A stretch of 63,099 nucleotides of DNA, filler included, from a bacterium (GTDB taxonomy: Bacteria > UBP18 > UBA7526): the NCBI GenBank assembly GCA_030615855.1. It is 6 parts of 6 records of this genome, joined end to end, with 100 filler letters (N's around TTAATTAATTAA, not from the genome) between each part and the next. Parts side by side here need not be neighbours in the genome. Positions count along the whole stretch, not along the records: positions 61,575 to 63,099 come from JAUWYL010000002.1; 5 more parts are not named here. One strand, 5' to 3'. The translations under genes and the position numbers were made by a program. Shown here piece after piece: positions 61,575 through 63,099 of the stretch. The notes under the pieces were generated by a model that was given only the letters and a program-made list of their open reading frames with translations, had not been told where the DNA came from and did no database searches. How positions within the stretch are numbered: position 1 is the stretch's first letter; each line of letters starts with the position of its first letter.

Positions 61575-62315
61575 TATTCTTGCCCTTATTTTCTTCCTCA
61601 TATCCCGTACATAGGGGTCATCGATATTTAAAATGGCAACATCATCCTTCCCCAGGGTATACATCAGCTCGGCCTTTGCTAAGGCCACCCTCTCTACATT
61701 GCCCAGATACTGTAAGTGAACCTCTCCCACATTGGTCATCACCCCGATCTTGGGAGAGGAGATCCTGGTGAGTCTTTCGATCTCTCCTAAGGCACTCATC
61801 CCCAGCTCTAAGACGGCAACCTCATGCTTCCGAGAAAGGCGAAATAGGGTCAGGGGAACCCCGACCTCATTATTGAAGTTCCCTTGGGTTTTTAAGACAG
61901 AGAGCTCTAAAGAGAGGATGGAGGCGATCATATCCTTGGTGGTCGTCTTACCCGTTGACCCGGTCACAGCAACTACTGGTAGATCGAACTTCTCCCGATA
62001 GTATTTAGCGATCTGGCCCAAGGCTTTCAAGGTATCCTTTACTAAAATGGTAACGGGTGACGGACGATGGACGACGGACGACGGACGACGGCGTCCTGGT
62101 AATTTAGAGATTAAAATTCCAGAGGCGCCTTTGCCCAGGACTTCCTGAAGGAAGTCTTGGCCATCATATCTCAATCCCTTTAAGGCAACGAATAACTCGT
62201 CCCTCTTTATCTTGCGGCTATCAGTAGAGATTCCAGAGATCTCTCTCTTTAGATCTCCCTGGATCAGTCTCCCTCCAGTAGCCTCTAGTAATTCCCTAAC
62301 CTTTAGCTTCTCCAT
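61575..62315 (-). CDS. murF: UDP-MurNAc-tripeptide D-Ala-D-Ala ligase; 3'-partial, with in-frame repeat insertion
   Basis: STDSR, TGSTGKTTTK, NFNNEVGVP, LELGMS. Confidence 0.95.
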
Positions 62316-62432
62316 CTCTCCTGCTTACTTTCATTTTACATTGAACATTGAACATTAAGCATTGAGCATTTTGCACTTTGCATTGAACTTCTGCCCTTTC
62401 ACCGTTTCCCCGTTTCTCCCTTTCTCCGCTTC

Positions 62433-63099
62433 TCACTTTCTCACTTTCTCACCTGCTCCCTGCCTCAAGATTTCCCTGGCAACTTCTCTATCGTCGAAGG
62501 AAAGAACCTGGGTTCCAATGGTTTGGGTGGTCTCATGCCCCTTTCCTGCGACTAAGACTAGGTCTCCTGAACCTGCCTCTTCTATTGCCTTCCTGATGGC
62601 CTCCTTCCGATCGAGGATGATGGTATATCTCCCCCCTCCCCTCTTCATCCCTACCTCAATGCTTGAGGCAATACTCAAAGGCTCCTCACTCCTGGGATTA
62701 TCATTGGTGATTATGGTGTAGTCGCTATATTGTGCTGCCACCTCACCCATCAAGGGCCTCTTCGATCTATCCCGATCCCCGCCACAGCCAAAGACTAAGA
62801 TTATCCTTCCCTTTGTCAATTCCCGACAGGTTGAGAGCATATTCTCTAAAGCGTTGTCTGTATGGGCATAGTCAATGATCATCCAGAAGTCCTGGCCCTC
62901 ATCGATCCTCTCAAACCTTCCCGGGATATTCTCTACCCTCTCCAGGCCCTCCTTAATGGCAGTGGGAGGGATTTTCAGAAGAAAAGCAACCCCGATGGCA
63001 GCCAAGGCATTGTAGATGTTATGCTTTCCGGGAAGAGGGAGGTCAATATTCAGATCTCCTCCTTTTGTCTTCACCTTAAAACTACTCCCTTTTAGGCTT
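62433..63099 (-). CDS. murE: MurE ligase, C-terminal part
   Basis: PGRFE, DYAHT, FGCGGDRD, DNPR, AGKGHE. Confidence 0.95.
   Translation of the reverse strand, partial: SLKGSSFKVKTKGGDLNIDLPLPGKHNIYNALAAIGVAFLLKIPPTAIKEGLERVENIPGRFERIDEGQDFWMIIDYAHTDNALENMLSTCRELTKGRIILVFGCGGDRDRSKRPLMGEVAAQYSDYTIITNDNPRSEEPLSIASSIEVGMKRGGGRYTIILDRKEAIRKAIEEAGSGDLVLVAGKGHETTQTIGTQVLSFDDREVAREILRQGAGEKVRK

Noticed and set aside
2934-62460. Tandem arrays as CRISPR arrays
   Set aside because: Units are 6-10 bp without unique spacers, and no cas genes are present

Overview
Six contigs (1-9794, 9895-15662, 15763-43558, 43659-58019, 58120-61474, 61575-63099) joined by artificial 100-bp N/TTAATTAATTAA linkers. They come from what looks like an anaerobic bacterium; taxon not assigned. 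Gene content: (i) a metal-cofactor maturation-type cluster (CdsB-like, FmdB, TsaA, MinD-4Fe4S, Mrp, two NifB/NifX, tandem YibE/F, DUF169, MBL); (ii) anaerobic purine/pyrimidine catabolism genes (NuoF-like and Fe-S module, ssnA, a PLP enzyme, ygeY; 8-oxoguanine-deaminase-like, preT-preA, 4Fe-4S, AOR); (iii) a nucleic-acid scavenging operon (5'-nucleotidase-PLD fusion, a second PLD, BMP/ABC nucleoside transporter); (iv) housekeeping and envelope genes (larB/larE, mdh, DHS-like, rfaD-like, ccdA-trx-trxB, tsaD, ctpA, envC, ftsX, tyrS, PBP1A, hpt, HU, ppdK, ruvC, yebC, murE/F). No rRNA, tRNA, CRISPR array or transposase was recognised. The most striking unexplained signal is a pervasive family of degenerate 6-10-bp tandem-repeat arrays in most longer intergenic gaps. 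They form inverted pairs, some nested three deep. They show a consistent arm order relative to stop codons and RBSs, recur as near-identical dispersed copies on different contigs, and are inserted in frame in conserved enzymes (SsnA twice, its paralogue at the equivalent loop, TsaD, MurF, EnvC). No mobilising enzyme is visible in the window, so the mechanism is inference only.
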